A stretch of DNA of 51,231 nucleotides from Verrucomicrobiota bacterium (GTDB taxonomy: Bacteria > Verrucomicrobiota > Verrucomicrobiia > Limisphaerales > JAYTXL01): contig JAYTXL010000302.1 of assembly GCA_043742955.1 (NCBI GenBank), forward strand, positions 1 to 51,231, in the 5' to 3' direction. The notes below the pieces were generated by a model. That model worked only from the letters and a program-made list of their open reading frames with translations. It was not told where the DNA came from and did no database searches. Positions 39,449 to 49,604 of this stretch are shown here, one piece after another (the stretch's first letter is position 1; every line of letters starts with the position of its first letter). The position numbers were made by a program, and so were the translations under genes.

Positions 39449-41653
39449 ATGATTACTCGCGCTTCCCTCCGCTCTGGATTTCTTAGCTTCAGCCTGCTTG
39501 TTGCGACTGCCGCCGGAATTGTGGCCGAAACACCGCGGGCGTTACCCGCCGGTCAGCAGCCCCAGGACGCGCGGCTGCAACCGTTGAAGGATTTGAATGG
39601 ATATTTTCCGTTTACCCCCCCGACCTCGACTTCCGATTGGGAAAAGCGCGCCCGCCGGGTGCGCCGGCAGATGCTCGTATCGCAAGGGCTGTGGCCGATG
39701 CCGACCAAGACTCCGCTCAATGCGGTCATTCATGGAAAGATCGAACGGGATGAATATTCCGTGGAGAAAGTCTATTTTGAAAGCGCGCCGGGCTTCTTCG
39801 TTACCGGCAATCTTTACCGGCCCAAAAACACCAAAGGCAAGGTGCCGGCCGTGCTGTTTGGCCACGGTCACTGGAAGGACGCGCGGCTTTCGGAGGCGGG
39901 TGAAGCTGAGTTGCTCAACGAAATTGCCACGGGCCAGGAGCGGTTTGAAGAGGGCGGCCGGAGCCGGTTTCAGTCCATGTGCGTGCAATTGGCCCGCATG
40001 GGTTGCGTGGTCTGGCAATGGGATATGTTGAGCGACTCGGATTCCAGGCAGTTCCCGGCCGCGCTCGTGCATGGTTTCGCCAAACAACGGCCGGCAATGA
40101 ACACGGCCGAGAACTGGGGTTTATATAGTCCCCAAGCCGAGGCCCACGCGCAAAGCATCATGGGACTCCAGACGCTGAACGCAATCCGTTCGCTTGATTT
40201 TATCCTGAGTCTGCCCGAGGTGGACGAGGAGCGGATCGCGGTAACGGGGGCGAGCGGCGGTGGCACGCAGACCTTCATGTTGAGCGCCCTTGATCAGCGC
40301 GTGAAGCTGGCTTTTCCGGCGGTGATGGTGAGCACGGCGATGCAGGGAGGCTGCACGTGCGAGAATGCCAGTTTGTTGCGGGTAAACACCGGCAACATTG
40401 AATTTGCGGGCCTCATTGCGCCCCGGCCGCTGGGGATGACCACGGCGAATGATTGGACCAAGGAAATGGCCACCAAAGGGTTTCCCGAGTTGAAGCAACT
40501 CTACACCTTGCTCGGGGCGCCGGACAACGTGATGCTGCAGCGGGGTGAACATTTCCCGCACAATTACAATGCCGTGTCGCGCTCGGCGTTTTACACCTGG
40601 CTCAACCAGCACTTCAAGCTCGGCTTCAAAACCCCGGTGGTGGAACGTGATTATACCCCGTTGAAAAAAGAGCAGCTCACGGTCTGGGACGCGCAACATC
40701 CCGCGCCCAAGGCCGACGATGAGAACTTCGAACGCAAACTGCTCCGGGGGTTGCACGAGGACGCACAGGCACAGTTGGCGGAGGCGGCGAAGACGCCGGA
40801 GCGCTACCGTGAAATCGTGCAGGGTGGACTGGATATTGTGCTCGATGGTGGCCTGGCGGAAGCCGGTGGGGTGGAGTGGAGTCTCGCGAACAAGGTGGAT
40901 AAAGGCGGATGGATCCTGATGGCCGGACTGCTGCGGAATAAGTCGTACCAAGAAGAACTGCCGGCGGTGTTTTGTTATCCCAAGCAATGGAACGGAAAAA
41001 CGGTAGTCTGGCTCACGGCCACGGGGAAGGCCGGGCTGTTCAATCCGGAGGGTTCACTCAAAGCGGAGGTGCAGAAGATTGTGGACTCCGGCGCCACGGT
41101 GGCCGGGGTGGATCTGCTTTATCAGGGCGAGTTCCTCCCCGATGGTCAGACCTTTACGAAGACGGCCAAAGTGCAAAATCCGCGCGAGGCCGCCGCTTAT
41201 ACCTTTGGCTACAACCACAGCGTTTTCGTGCGGCGGGTGCATGATGTCCTGAGCGTGGTGAAGTACGTTAAAAACCACGAGCGGCCTTCGAAGGAGCTGA
41301 CCGTGATCGGGCTCGCTGGTGCCGGTCCGTGGGTAGCGGCGGCGCGCGCCCAGTGTGGCGAAGCGATTGATCGGGCCGTGATCGATACCCAGGGCTTTCG
41401 TTTTGGCAAAGTGCTGGACATTCACAGCCCCGACTTCCTTCCCGGGGGGGCAAAATATGGGGATCTCCCGGGCATGCTGGCGATGGGCGCACCTGGCCGA
41501 CTGTGGCTGGCGGGGGAGGGGACGGAGAGCGCCGAATTGCTGCGCAAGAATTATCAGACGGGAAATAGTGGCACGCGCCTGACGGTCTTTAATGGCACGG
41601 GCGACTCCGCCGTGAAGGCGGCTGCGGAATTTATGCTGCGCACGCAAGATTGA
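39449..41653 (+). CDS. Secreted alpha/beta hydrolase (acetylxylan esterase-like)
   Basis: VEKVYFES.PG..VTGNLYRP, GHGH, nucleophile elbow TGASGGGTQT, GCTCE, PHNY. Confidence 0.82.
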   Translation: MITRASLRSGFLSFSLLVATAAGIVAETPRALPAGQQPQDARLQPLKDLNGYFPFTPPTSTSDWEKRARRVRRQMLVSQGLWPMPTKTPLNAVIHGKIERDEYSVEKVYFESAPGFFVTGNLYRPKNTKGKVPAVLFGHGHWKDARLSEAGEAELLNEIATGQERFEEGGRSRFQSMCVQLARMGCVVWQWDMLSDSDSRQFPAALVHGFAKQRPAMNTAENWGLYSPQAEAHAQSIMGLQTLNAIRSLDFILSLPEVDEERIAVTGASGGGTQTFMLSALDQRVKLAFPAVMVSTAMQGGCTCENASLLRVNTGNIEFAGLIAPRPLGMTTANDWTKEMATKGFPELKQLYTLLGAPDNVMLQRGEHFPHNYNAVSRSAFYTWLNQHFKLGFKTPVVERDYTPLKKEQLTVWDAQHPAPKADDENFERKLLRGLHEDAQAQLAEAAKTPERYREIVQGGLDIVLDGGLAEAGGVEWSLANKVDKGGWILMAGLLRNKSYQEELPAVFCYPKQWNGKTVVWLTATGKAGLFNPEGSLKAEVQKIVDSGATVAGVDLLYQGEFLPDGQTFTKTAKVQNPREAAAYTFGYNHSVFVRRVHDVLSVVKYVKNHERPSKELTVIGLAGAGPWVAAARAQCGEAIDRAVIDTQGFRFGKVLDIHSPDFLPGGAKYGDLPGMLAMGAPGRLWLAGEGTESAELLRKNYQTGNSGTRLTVFNGTGDSAVKAAAEFMLRTQD

Positions 41654-41711
41654 TCGGGACTCGATTAAAGGGCTGATTTGATCGGGCATTGGGTGAAAAC
41701 GAAGGAACCCA

Positions 41712-43139
41712 ATGAATCGTCAGCGCTGCTGCGGAAATGGCCTCGAGGCGGTTATGGTGAATAGTAAAATTAAAACTTCGTCCATGTTTGCAGTGGAACG
41801 TCTCGCGCATCGTATTTCCCGCCGCAATTTATTGCTGGGGATGGGGGGGGCTTTGGTGCCGCTTTGCACGCAATGGGCGCGGGCGGCCGAGTCCGGATCT
41901 CCTGGTGGCGGTAAAGCCCGATCTGTAATTTTAATCTTCAACGGGGGCGCGCCCAGCCATATTGATCTGTGGGATCCCAAGCCGGATGCCGGCTCGGAAA
42001 TTCGCGGGCCCTTCACCCCGATCCGGACCAATGTGCCGGGAATCCATATTTCCGAACTGCTCCCGCGCATGGCGAAGCGGATGGATAAGGTCGCGCTGAT
42101 CCGTTCGGTGCATCATGAGCACAGCAGCCACAACGGCGGCATGTACTGGTCGACCACCGGACGCCCTTACCCGGTCGACAGCACGCTCATCAATCCCAGT
42201 CGCACTGATCTGCCCTGCTTCGGAACGCTGGTGGGTTGGCTGGCGCAGCGCGATGGTTATAGCCGGGGGGTTCCGCCTTACGTCATCACCCCGTTTCCTC
42301 ATTGCGACAGCAAGGCTTATATCACGCCCGGCCAGTATGGTGGCTGTCTGGGCACCCGCTACGACCCGTTTGTGCTCGACGATGATCCCAATGCCGCGAG
42401 TTTCAAGGTGCGGAATATGGGGCTGGAGGCGGGCATGAGCGCCACGCGTTTCCAAGACCGTCTGGGATTGTTGGAGGAATTCTCGGCCTCCTCGCCCAAA
42501 ATCGTTTCGCCCCAGACGACCGACATCGACGTCTTCAATCAACAGGCAGTGTCGTTGCTTCAATCTGGCAAGGCGGCCGAGGCGTTCAATCTGTCAAAGG
42601 AGCCGGTCTCCGTCCGGGAACGCTACGGGCGGCATAGTTGGGGCCAGTCTCATTTGTTGGCGCGACGCTTGATCGAATCGGGCACCCGGTTCGTCTCCAC
42701 TGTGAACGGGCCGAGCATCACCTGGGACACGCACAAGGACAATTTCAACACGTTGAAGAGCCGACTCGTCCCGCCCATGGAGCAGGCCTATGCCGCGCTG
42801 CTGGACGATTTGGAGGAGCGCGGTTTGCTCGAAACAACGCTCGTCGTGTGGATGGGAGAATTCGGGCGCACGCCCAAGATCAATGCTGACGCCGGTCGGG
42901 ATCATTGGCCAGGCTGCTACAGCGTGCTGCTTGCCGGCGGCGGTATTCGAGGCGGACAAGTGGTGGGTGCCTCAGACAACATTGGCGCTTATCCGAAGGA
43001 GCGTCCCGTTTCGCCCGCGGACATCCACGCCACCGTGTTTGCGGCGCTGGGCTACGACGTGCGCGCTATTAATTATCACGCCGCCGACGGCCGTCCCATC
43101 CCGCTCTCCGAAGGCACGCCGATGCCCGAGTTGCTCTAA
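41712..43139 (+). CDS. DUF1501 domain protein
   Basis: SRRNLL, GGAPSHIDLWDPKP, LLARRLIESG, WDTH, GEFGRTP, GRDHWP; start may be at a later Met. Confidence 0.92.
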   Translation: MNRQRCCGNGLEAVMVNSKIKTSSMFAVERLAHRISRRNLLLGMGGALVPLCTQWARAAESGSPGGGKARSVILIFNGGAPSHIDLWDPKPDAGSEIRGPFTPIRTNVPGIHISELLPRMAKRMDKVALIRSVHHEHSSHNGGMYWSTTGRPYPVDSTLINPSRTDLPCFGTLVGWLAQRDGYSRGVPPYVITPFPHCDSKAYITPGQYGGCLGTRYDPFVLDDDPNAASFKVRNMGLEAGMSATRFQDRLGLLEEFSASSPKIVSPQTTDIDVFNQQAVSLLQSGKAAEAFNLSKEPVSVRERYGRHSWGQSHLLARRLIESGTRFVSTVNGPSITWDTHKDNFNTLKSRLVPPMEQAYAALLDDLEERGLLETTLVVWMGEFGRTPKINADAGRDHWPGCYSVLLAGGGIRGGQVVGASDNIGAYPKERPVSPADIHATVFAALGYDVRAINYHAADGRPIPLSEGTPMPELL

Positions 43140-43157
43140 TCAGCTGGGGCTGGGGGC

Positions 43158-43904
43158 CTACGGCCGGGCCTCCTTTTTGAAACTCATCGGGAGGCTTTGG
43201 CCCGCCTGTTGCCATTGTCCGGCCAGCATCGAGCCGTCCGCCGCCAAAGTACCCTCATAAACAACACCCATGCCGCGCGCTTCAAAGCGGATCTTGCCTT
43301 CCTTGTGGGTGATGGTGTTCAACGGAATTCCGTTTGCTCCCTGATCCAAGCTGTCCAAAGTGCCGGTCGCCGTGCCGGTGGCGGATTTGGCGAAATTCAG
43401 GCGGAGACGAAAACTGGCCGCGCCCGCGACCAAGGTCCCGTTCCAGGTTCCCGCGATTTTTTGAGCCGCCTGCTTGTTGGCTGCCGCGTCCGCTGGGGAA
43501 AGTTTCTCGGCCTCGCCCGCCGTGTCGGTTCCGGAACCTTTCACTAAATTCAGGGGCAGGGAATTGGGCCCTTGTTTCCATTTGCCGGTCGCCGACTTTC
43601 CGGTCGCATTCAGAGTTCCTTCGTAGGTTCCTTGAACCGCCTTGATCTCCAGGTGCAGTTCTTTTTCCTTGAAGGTGACGACATCCACCGGGATGTCCTT
43701 GGCGCCCTGGTCGGGGCTGTCCATTTTTGCGGTCAACCCGCCGGTGGCGTTCTTGCTGATTTTGAACACCACGCGCAGTTTGACCTGCCCGACCTCGAGC
43801 GTGCCCAGCCAATTGCCCGTTGCGTCGTCGATGGTGGTGGCGCCGATGCCGGCCGAGGCCGAAGCCCACAGGATGACGGCCAGGAGTGAGATCAGGTTTT
43901 TCAT
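43158..43904 (-). CDS. Secreted protein with two tandem beta-rich repeats
   Basis: Signal peptide; GNWLGTL...DSPDQGAKDIP and GTWNGTL...DSLDQGANGIP. Confidence 0.75.
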   Translation of the reverse strand: MKNLISLLAVILWASASAGIGATTIDDATGNWLGTLEVGQVKLRVVFKISKNATGGLTAKMDSPDQGAKDIPVDVVTFKEKELHLEIKAVQGTYEGTLNATGKSATGKWKQGPNSLPLNLVKGSGTDTAGEAEKLSPADAAANKQAAQKIAGTWNGTLVAGAASFRLRLNFAKSATGTATGTLDSLDQGANGIPLNTITHKEGKIRFEARGMGVVYEGTLAADGSMLAGQWQQAGQSLPMSFKKEARP

Positions 43905-44006
43905 AGTTGAGTTTGGAGTCGAGTTTTCAGGTGACCAGATTCGGCGGCGGTATCCGGTTCAAGCGCCGGCCATTGAAAATTCCGGGGAATAGTGAAGCGC
44001 GCTGGC

Positions 44007-45683
44007 TTACTTGGATCCGGGTGCCATCATTTTTCGGTTCATGGCGAGCGACATGCGATTTCCGGTGATGGCACTCGTTCGAAATCCGCCGAACTTATCG
44101 AGTTCCTCCGGACTTAGAAACGAACCCGCCCGGGCCGCCACGCGTTCGTACACGCTATCCAACAGTTTGAGATTCGTTTCCGCGGAAGCTTCCGAGGCAA
44201 TGTTGCGGAAATTGAGGATCGGCATCGTCTGGAAATCCGGCGGCAATCCGGCGCTCGCCAACGCCCGTTGCGTCTCCTCCTGCATCAGTTGGTAAAGCTG
44301 TTTCGCTTTGCCGTCCTTTTCCGCGCCTTCGCCGGACAACATCCCCTTGAATTGCTCGGCGGTCAAATAGCTGGCGAGGTTCCGGGTGTATTCCTGGTAT
44401 TGAGCGTAGCCTTCCGGCCCCAACAAATCCTGCACCTTCGCGAGTAACGCCGCTTCCTGCCCCGCAAACACCGGTTCCATCTGCGCGGGTGTTTTTCCGT
44501 CGCGCAGCACCTCCGTGATATGATCAATGTTCTCCATGACGTTGTCGGCGAGCATGTCGTTCAGCTTACCCGCATGCTCCGGGGCCAGCTCCAGGCGCTT
44601 GGCAAATTCCTTGTAGATCATCGTCATCCCCATTTTCTGCTGGTCCCGCAGGGTCTGCCACATTTCGGGGTTGGCCCTCAATCCGCTGAGTACGCTGGGG
44701 CCATTCGTCTTGGCTTGTTCGATCGCATTTTCCTTGAGCAGCCTGCCCACCTCTCCGCGCAAGCGCATCAATTCCGTCGCGGTGCCATTCGTGGACTTCG
44801 GCACCGCGGTCGCGCGCGCCGCCAGTTTGGCCAGGCGCTGGTTTTCGGCCGCCAGTTTGCTGCTCTGTTCCGCCTGTTGTCGCAACGCTTCGTTCGCCGC
44901 GTCCAGCCGGGTTTGTGCCTGATGTTGGATGATCAGCGGAATCGCCACGCCCGCCGCAATCAGGACGACGATCAGGCCGGTCTTCATTTTGCTCATGCTC
45001 ATAATTTTTAGGATGGTTAAAGTTGTTCCGTTGCTGCTGGTCGCGCTGGCCAGTGCCGTCGTGGAAACGGTCAGCGCAAATCCCGCTGGCGCCGCATTCA
45101 CCGTCTGCGCGGCCAGGGTGGTGGCCAGAACCGTCGCGGAAAGCGCCACGCCGCGCGCTTTCAACAAGGCCTGCAGTTTGTCCAGCGCGCGGTCCACCCG
45201 TTTGCGCGCCGCCTCTTCGTTGCTGCCCAACGCTGCCCCCACCGACTTGTAATCGTGTTGCTCGAAATAGCGGAGCATGATCGCCGTGCGATCCTCCGGG
45301 CCCAGTTGATTGACCGCTTCATCCAGGACCGGGGCGAGCAGAGCGAGATTCGCCGCCGAGTGATCTTCCAGGGCATTCATTTCAACGGCCTGCCTTTCAC
45401 GGGCCTGACGACGACGCTCGCCGCGCATGACTTTGCTGGCGACGAAACAGGTATGACGGTGCAACCAACCCCCGAGCATGACCTCGCGCGAAAGCGTGCG
45501 CGCCATCCGGGCCAAATCCGCAAAAACCGTTTGAGTGACATCTTCCGCCAGATGCGTGTCGCCATTCACCATCCGGACTGCAGCTGAATAAACCAGATTC
45601 ACGTAACGGCCAACCAATTCGCGAAAGCCTGCTTCCGAGCCGGTCGCGACGTACTCTGCGAGTAATTTGTGGCCGTCCGTCAT
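44007..45683 (-). CDS. ECF sigma factor with transmembrane C-terminal extension
   Basis: FRELVGRYVNLVYSAA, AEDVTQTVF, GWLHR, region 4 AARKRVDRALDKL, then Ala-rich linker, TM helix and ~300-aa helical tail. Confidence 0.9.
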   Translation of the reverse strand: MTDGHKLLAEYVATGSEAGFRELVGRYVNLVYSAAVRMVNGDTHLAEDVTQTVFADLARMARTLSREVMLGGWLHRHTCFVASKVMRGERRRQARERQAVEMNALEDHSAANLALLAPVLDEAVNQLGPEDRTAIMLRYFEQHDYKSVGAALGSNEEAARKRVDRALDKLQALLKARGVALSATVLATTLAAQTVNAAPAGFALTVSTTALASATSSNGTTLTILKIMSMSKMKTGLIVVLIAAGVAIPLIIQHQAQTRLDAANEALRQQAEQSSKLAAENQRLAKLAARATAVPKSTNGTATELMRLRGEVGRLLKENAIEQAKTNGPSVLSGLRANPEMWQTLRDQQKMGMTMIYKEFAKRLELAPEHAGKLNDMLADNVMENIDHITEVLRDGKTPAQMEPVFAGQEAALLAKVQDLLGPEGYAQYQEYTRNLASYLTAEQFKGMLSGEGAEKDGKAKQLYQLMQEETQRALASAGLPPDFQTMPILNFRNIASEASAETNLKLLDSVYERVAARAGSFLSPEELDKFGGFRTSAITGNRMSLAMNRKMMAPGSK

Positions 45684-45699
45684 CTTGCTACTCTACTAA

Positions 45700-45726
45700 A
45701 GACCCGCTCACCGGGAAAAGCGGACA
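45700..45726 (-). promoter_or_regulatory. Candidate autoregulatory ECF promoter
   Basis: Minus strand TGTCCG-N16-GGTCT ending 16 bp before the ECF start codon. Confidence 0.45.
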
Positions 45727-46138
45727 TTTGTTTTTTCATGCGTCCCAGGGCGCACCACCGCCACAACTTATCCGGCACGGCAAACCGGATCAACCGCACC
45801 GTGGGTGCTCGAAATGGTCTGAACGCCGACCTGGGGCTGACGCCCCAGGCTGGTATAGCGTGCGCCTTTGGTGCTAGAAAACGATCCAGCCCACCGAAAA
45901 AGGAGATGGATCATGAAAATGGCATTTCTATCAGACAATACAGTGGTTGCACCGAAATATCCGCATCCACTTGCGGACTGTTCCTCCATGCGGGCATCAA
46001 CTTCCACCTCCTGGATCCTGCGCCAATGAATGGCTGGATACGCGCGCTTGACGCTGGAAACGCTGGGTCACATCTTCACAAAATGAATCCCGCCTTGGCC
46101 GCTGACCGCGGCGCATCATAAGCAAATTCCCACTTCCT

Positions 46139-48088
46139 ATGAACCAAACATGGATATTGATTGGTGCCGCCGGGTTGCTGGCCGCGGAACCAAGGGTTGT
46201 CGTCACGCGCAATGATGACGGCAGTTACCTTTGCGCGACCAAGGCTTACGAAATGAAGTTTTCGAAGGAGGGCAACGTCGTCTCGTTGAGAACCGGCCCG
46301 ACCGAATTGCTTGCGGCCGGACACGAGAGCGGTGCCGTGGCTGGCTTCGTGTTCAACGGCAGGCTGATCCCTTTCAAAAAAATCACGCAGTCCGCGCCGG
46401 ATTCGCTGATCTGTGAAGGCGATCCGAAAAACCCCGCGACCGCCGTGCCCAATGCGGTCTCGCAACAGGAGGTGAAGGCGGTCTGGAAATTTTTCGCCGA
46501 TCACCTCGAGGTGCGCCTCGAGCAAAGCCTGGAGCTCTACGGCGGGTTCGGGTGGTTCCCCTCGGCGTCGTTTCTGGCTTCGCACGACAATCTGACCGAT
46601 CAACCCATCCGCATCACGGGACCGATTTTGTATCAGCAGACCGATCCGCGCTGGACCACCACCGAGGGCGCGGTCCTGCGCTTTGATCTGGGTGTCTGGC
46701 AGAAGGGTTTTGCCAACGCCAACTGGAGGGAAATGGATGTGGCCGGCAAAGCGCGCCGCTTCATGGCCGGCACAGTGCCGGCGACTTCGGTGGTGGTGAA
46801 CAAGCTCCACTGTGCCGGCCAACCCTCCCCGAAGGATGCACTGGTCTTTGACATTTCAGCGGCGAGCCCTGATTTCTTGCTACTGGGCGGCCAACCGGCG
46901 CATTTAAATCTTCAGGTGTCGAATGCCGGTCCCCAGCCATTGGCGGCCACCGTGCGCGTCGAAATAAAGGATTATCTCACCCGGCAGGTGCTCGCCACTC
47001 GCCGGACCAAGCTAGTGCTGGCCAGCCAGGCGGTAGGCGCGGTCCAGACGGATTTGGCGCTCGCGAAGCCCGGCCCATATTGGGCCACGTTCACCGTCGA
47101 GGACGCCACCGGCAAAGACACGCGCGCGCTAACCATCGTCCTGGTTTACGATTTTCAAAATTATCAGCCCGCCAACACGCGGCCGGCTGATTTCAAGGCG
47201 TTTTGGCAGGCCGCGCGCGCTGATTCGACAGCCGTGCCACTGGACGCAAAGCTCACGCCCGTTCCCGAAAAAAGCACCGGGACCGTCGAGGTGTTCAAAG
47301 TCAATTACGCCACGCTCGGCGGCCGTCGGATCTACGGCTGGTATGCGCGCCCGAAAGCGCCCGGAAAATATCCGATCCAAATCCGCTATCCCTCGTCGGG
47401 TATTTACCCCGTCGGCGCGCCGGAAATGTTTGAGGACCGGTGCAGTCTTTGGATCATGATCCACGGATTCGACGTCGATCTGTCGAACCTGCCCAAGGAG
47501 GCGGATCCTGGAAAGAACTACTGGACCGCCGGCATCGAGACGCCCCAGACCTCCATGTGGCGCACAATCTATATATCGCTTATCCGCGCGGTTGATTTCG
47601 CCCTGACCCGGCCGGAGGTGGATGCGGAACGTCTGGCGGTGGTGGGCGGTAGCCAGGGCGGGGGACTTTCGTTGGTTGCGGCCGGGCTCGATCCGCGCAT
47701 CAAGTTTTGCATGACTCACCACAGCGGCCTGGGGCGACTGGACTGGACGGTAAAGTACGAGCCGGGTTACTGGCCCTTCAACATGTCGGCCAAACCAAAG
47801 GATCAGTCGGAAGAACAGTTTCTGAAAACACTGTCGTATTTCGACGCGGCGAATTTCACCGCCGACATCCGGTGTCCCGTGTACGCGGAGTTCGGTTTAA
47901 TGGATTCCGTGACGGCGCCTGGCAATCAGATTTGCGCGGTTGCTCACGTGCCGAACGGTCAACTGCTGCTGGTCTGCTCGCCTTGGGCCATGCACGGCGG
48001 CGGTTCGCGGGATGCCACCCTGGCGGAAGAAGCCTATTCCCGCTTTCGCAAAGGGACCTCGCCGTACTTTAAGCCCACGAAGCCTTAA
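46139..48088 (+). CDS. Acetylxylan esterase (AXE1/CE7-like) with N-terminal beta domains
   Basis: RPADFKAFW, RIYGWY..PK, GGSQGGGL, LSYFDAANF, GLMD, H. Confidence 0.82.
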   Translation: MNQTWILIGAAGLLAAEPRVVVTRNDDGSYLCATKAYEMKFSKEGNVVSLRTGPTELLAAGHESGAVAGFVFNGRLIPFKKITQSAPDSLICEGDPKNPATAVPNAVSQQEVKAVWKFFADHLEVRLEQSLELYGGFGWFPSASFLASHDNLTDQPIRITGPILYQQTDPRWTTTEGAVLRFDLGVWQKGFANANWREMDVAGKARRFMAGTVPATSVVVNKLHCAGQPSPKDALVFDISAASPDFLLLGGQPAHLNLQVSNAGPQPLAATVRVEIKDYLTRQVLATRRTKLVLASQAVGAVQTDLALAKPGPYWATFTVEDATGKDTRALTIVLVYDFQNYQPANTRPADFKAFWQAARADSTAVPLDAKLTPVPEKSTGTVEVFKVNYATLGGRRIYGWYARPKAPGKYPIQIRYPSSGIYPVGAPEMFEDRCSLWIMIHGFDVDLSNLPKEADPGKNYWTAGIETPQTSMWRTIYISLIRAVDFALTRPEVDAERLAVVGGSQGGGLSLVAAGLDPRIKFCMTHHSGLGRLDWTVKYEPGYWPFNMSAKPKDQSEEQFLKTLSYFDAANFTADIRCPVYAEFGLMDSVTAPGNQICAVAHVPNGQLLLVCSPWAMHGGGSRDATLAEEAYSRFRKGTSPYFKPTKP

Positions 48089-48320
48089 CCTTCAAAGCCA
48101 GGCGCAAAGGCTGCGCCGCCGATCCTGATTCGAGGCCAGTCTTGACCGCTCCGAGGTCGCGACGTATAAATGTAAGGAGCAGGCCGACCCTTGGAATTAA
48201 GGGTGCCGAAATGTTTCCGACGGGATGACTTTTTGTTGGCCAATTTCGGGCGCGCCTGAGTCCACCTGCCAGCCAAATGGCTGGCCGACGGATGTTGCAT
48301 AATGCTGACAATCAAACATC

Positions 48321-48417
48321 GGAGAGTGATGGGTGCCTGGTGGCCCCCGCGGTCTTCAAAACCGCCGTCGGTCTGTTTTGCAGGTCGAGGAGTGTTCGAT
48401 TCGCTCCCTCTCCGCCA
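48321..48417 (+). tRNA. selC: tRNA-Sec (anticodon UCA)
   Basis: GGAGAG...CTCTCC-GCCA acceptor end; anticodon arm GCGGT-CTTCAAA-ACCGC; long variable arm; TTCGATT T-loop; adjacent to selD and selA. Confidence 0.95.
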
Positions 48418-48545
48418 GTTTTCCCCAATTCCAGCTGACCGGGTTGGAGGTTCTGTTGGCTTGTTGCCCAGCCGGTCTTCCCGACGCCGGCCCAATCCGG
48501 AACCCTGTCAACCATAGGCTTCGCATCAGCCAACCGTTTCGCTCC

Positions 48546-49604
48546 ATGTCGCGCGAACAAATCCTCAAACTAACTTCGCTTTCAAGTAGTGCTGGGTGAG
48601 CCTCCAAACTCAGCCAGCGGTCGCTGGTGAACATTCTAGGCCAACTCCCGCGTGCGCTGCGCGACCCCAACCTGCTGGTCGGTTCCGATACCGGCGACGA
48701 TGCGGGGGTCTATCGCATTGCCCGCGACCGCGCGCTGGTGCAGACGGTGGATTTTTTTACGCCCATCGTGGATGACCCGTTTCTGTACGGGCAAATCGCC
48801 GCCGCCAACTCGCTGTCGGACGTCTATGCGATGGGTGGCCGACCGCTGACCGCCATGAACATCATGGGTATGCCCACCGACGTGGTGGGGCCCGAAATCA
48901 TCGCGGCCATCCTGCGCGGCGGTGCGGCGAAAGTCCGGGAGGCAAAATGCGCGCTCGTGGGCGGTCACACCATCCGTAATCCGGAACCCATCTTTGGCCT
49001 CTCCGTCACCGGCCTGGTCCATCCGCGCCGGATGATCACAAATGCCGACGCCCAGGCGGGCGATTTGCTCGTGCTCACCAAACCGCTCGGCACGGGCATC
49101 ATTACGACCGGCATCAAGCGCGGTCTCGCCGTCGGCGCGCTGGTCAGGCAAGCGGCGCGGTCCATGCGCCAGCTCAATAGTGCCGGCGCGGAAGTTGCCG
49201 AGCGCAGCCTGGTATGCGCCGGCACGGACGTGACTGGCTTCGGGTTGCTCGGGCACCTCGGCTCGCTCTGTAGATCCAGCGGTGTTGGTGCCGAGATAGA
49301 GGCCGGCGCGCTGCCCGTCATCGGCCAGGGGGTTTGGGCTTTAATCGCACAGGAATGCATCCCCGGCGGCACCCGGGAAAATCTGGCAGCGGCGGAAGGG
49401 TTCACCGGGTTTGACCAAGCTGTCACCAATGCCCAGAAGTTTTTGCTGGCGGATGCGCAAACCAGCGGCGGCTTGATGCTCTGCGTGCCGCAGCGCAAAC
49501 TCGCTCAGGTGCTCAAGGTTTTCCAAAAGCACCGCACCCTTTGTGCCGTGGTCATTGGTCGGATCGTTCGCAAGCGGCAGCCACTGATTCGGGTGACGCC
49601 ATGA
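48546..49604 (+). CDS. selD: Selenide, water dikinase, selenoprotein form (UGA 48597-48599 = Sec)
   Basis: MSREQILKLTSLSSSAG-U-ASKL in frame with DDAGVY, QTVDFFTP, DVYAMGG, TDVTGFGLLGH, DAQTSGGL. Confidence 0.93.
48610..48630 (+). promoter_or_regulatory. Bacterial SECIS element of selD
   Basis: Hairpin TCAGCCAGC-GGTC-GCTGGTGA; G-initiated apical loop begins 19 nt after the UGA. Confidence 0.75.
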
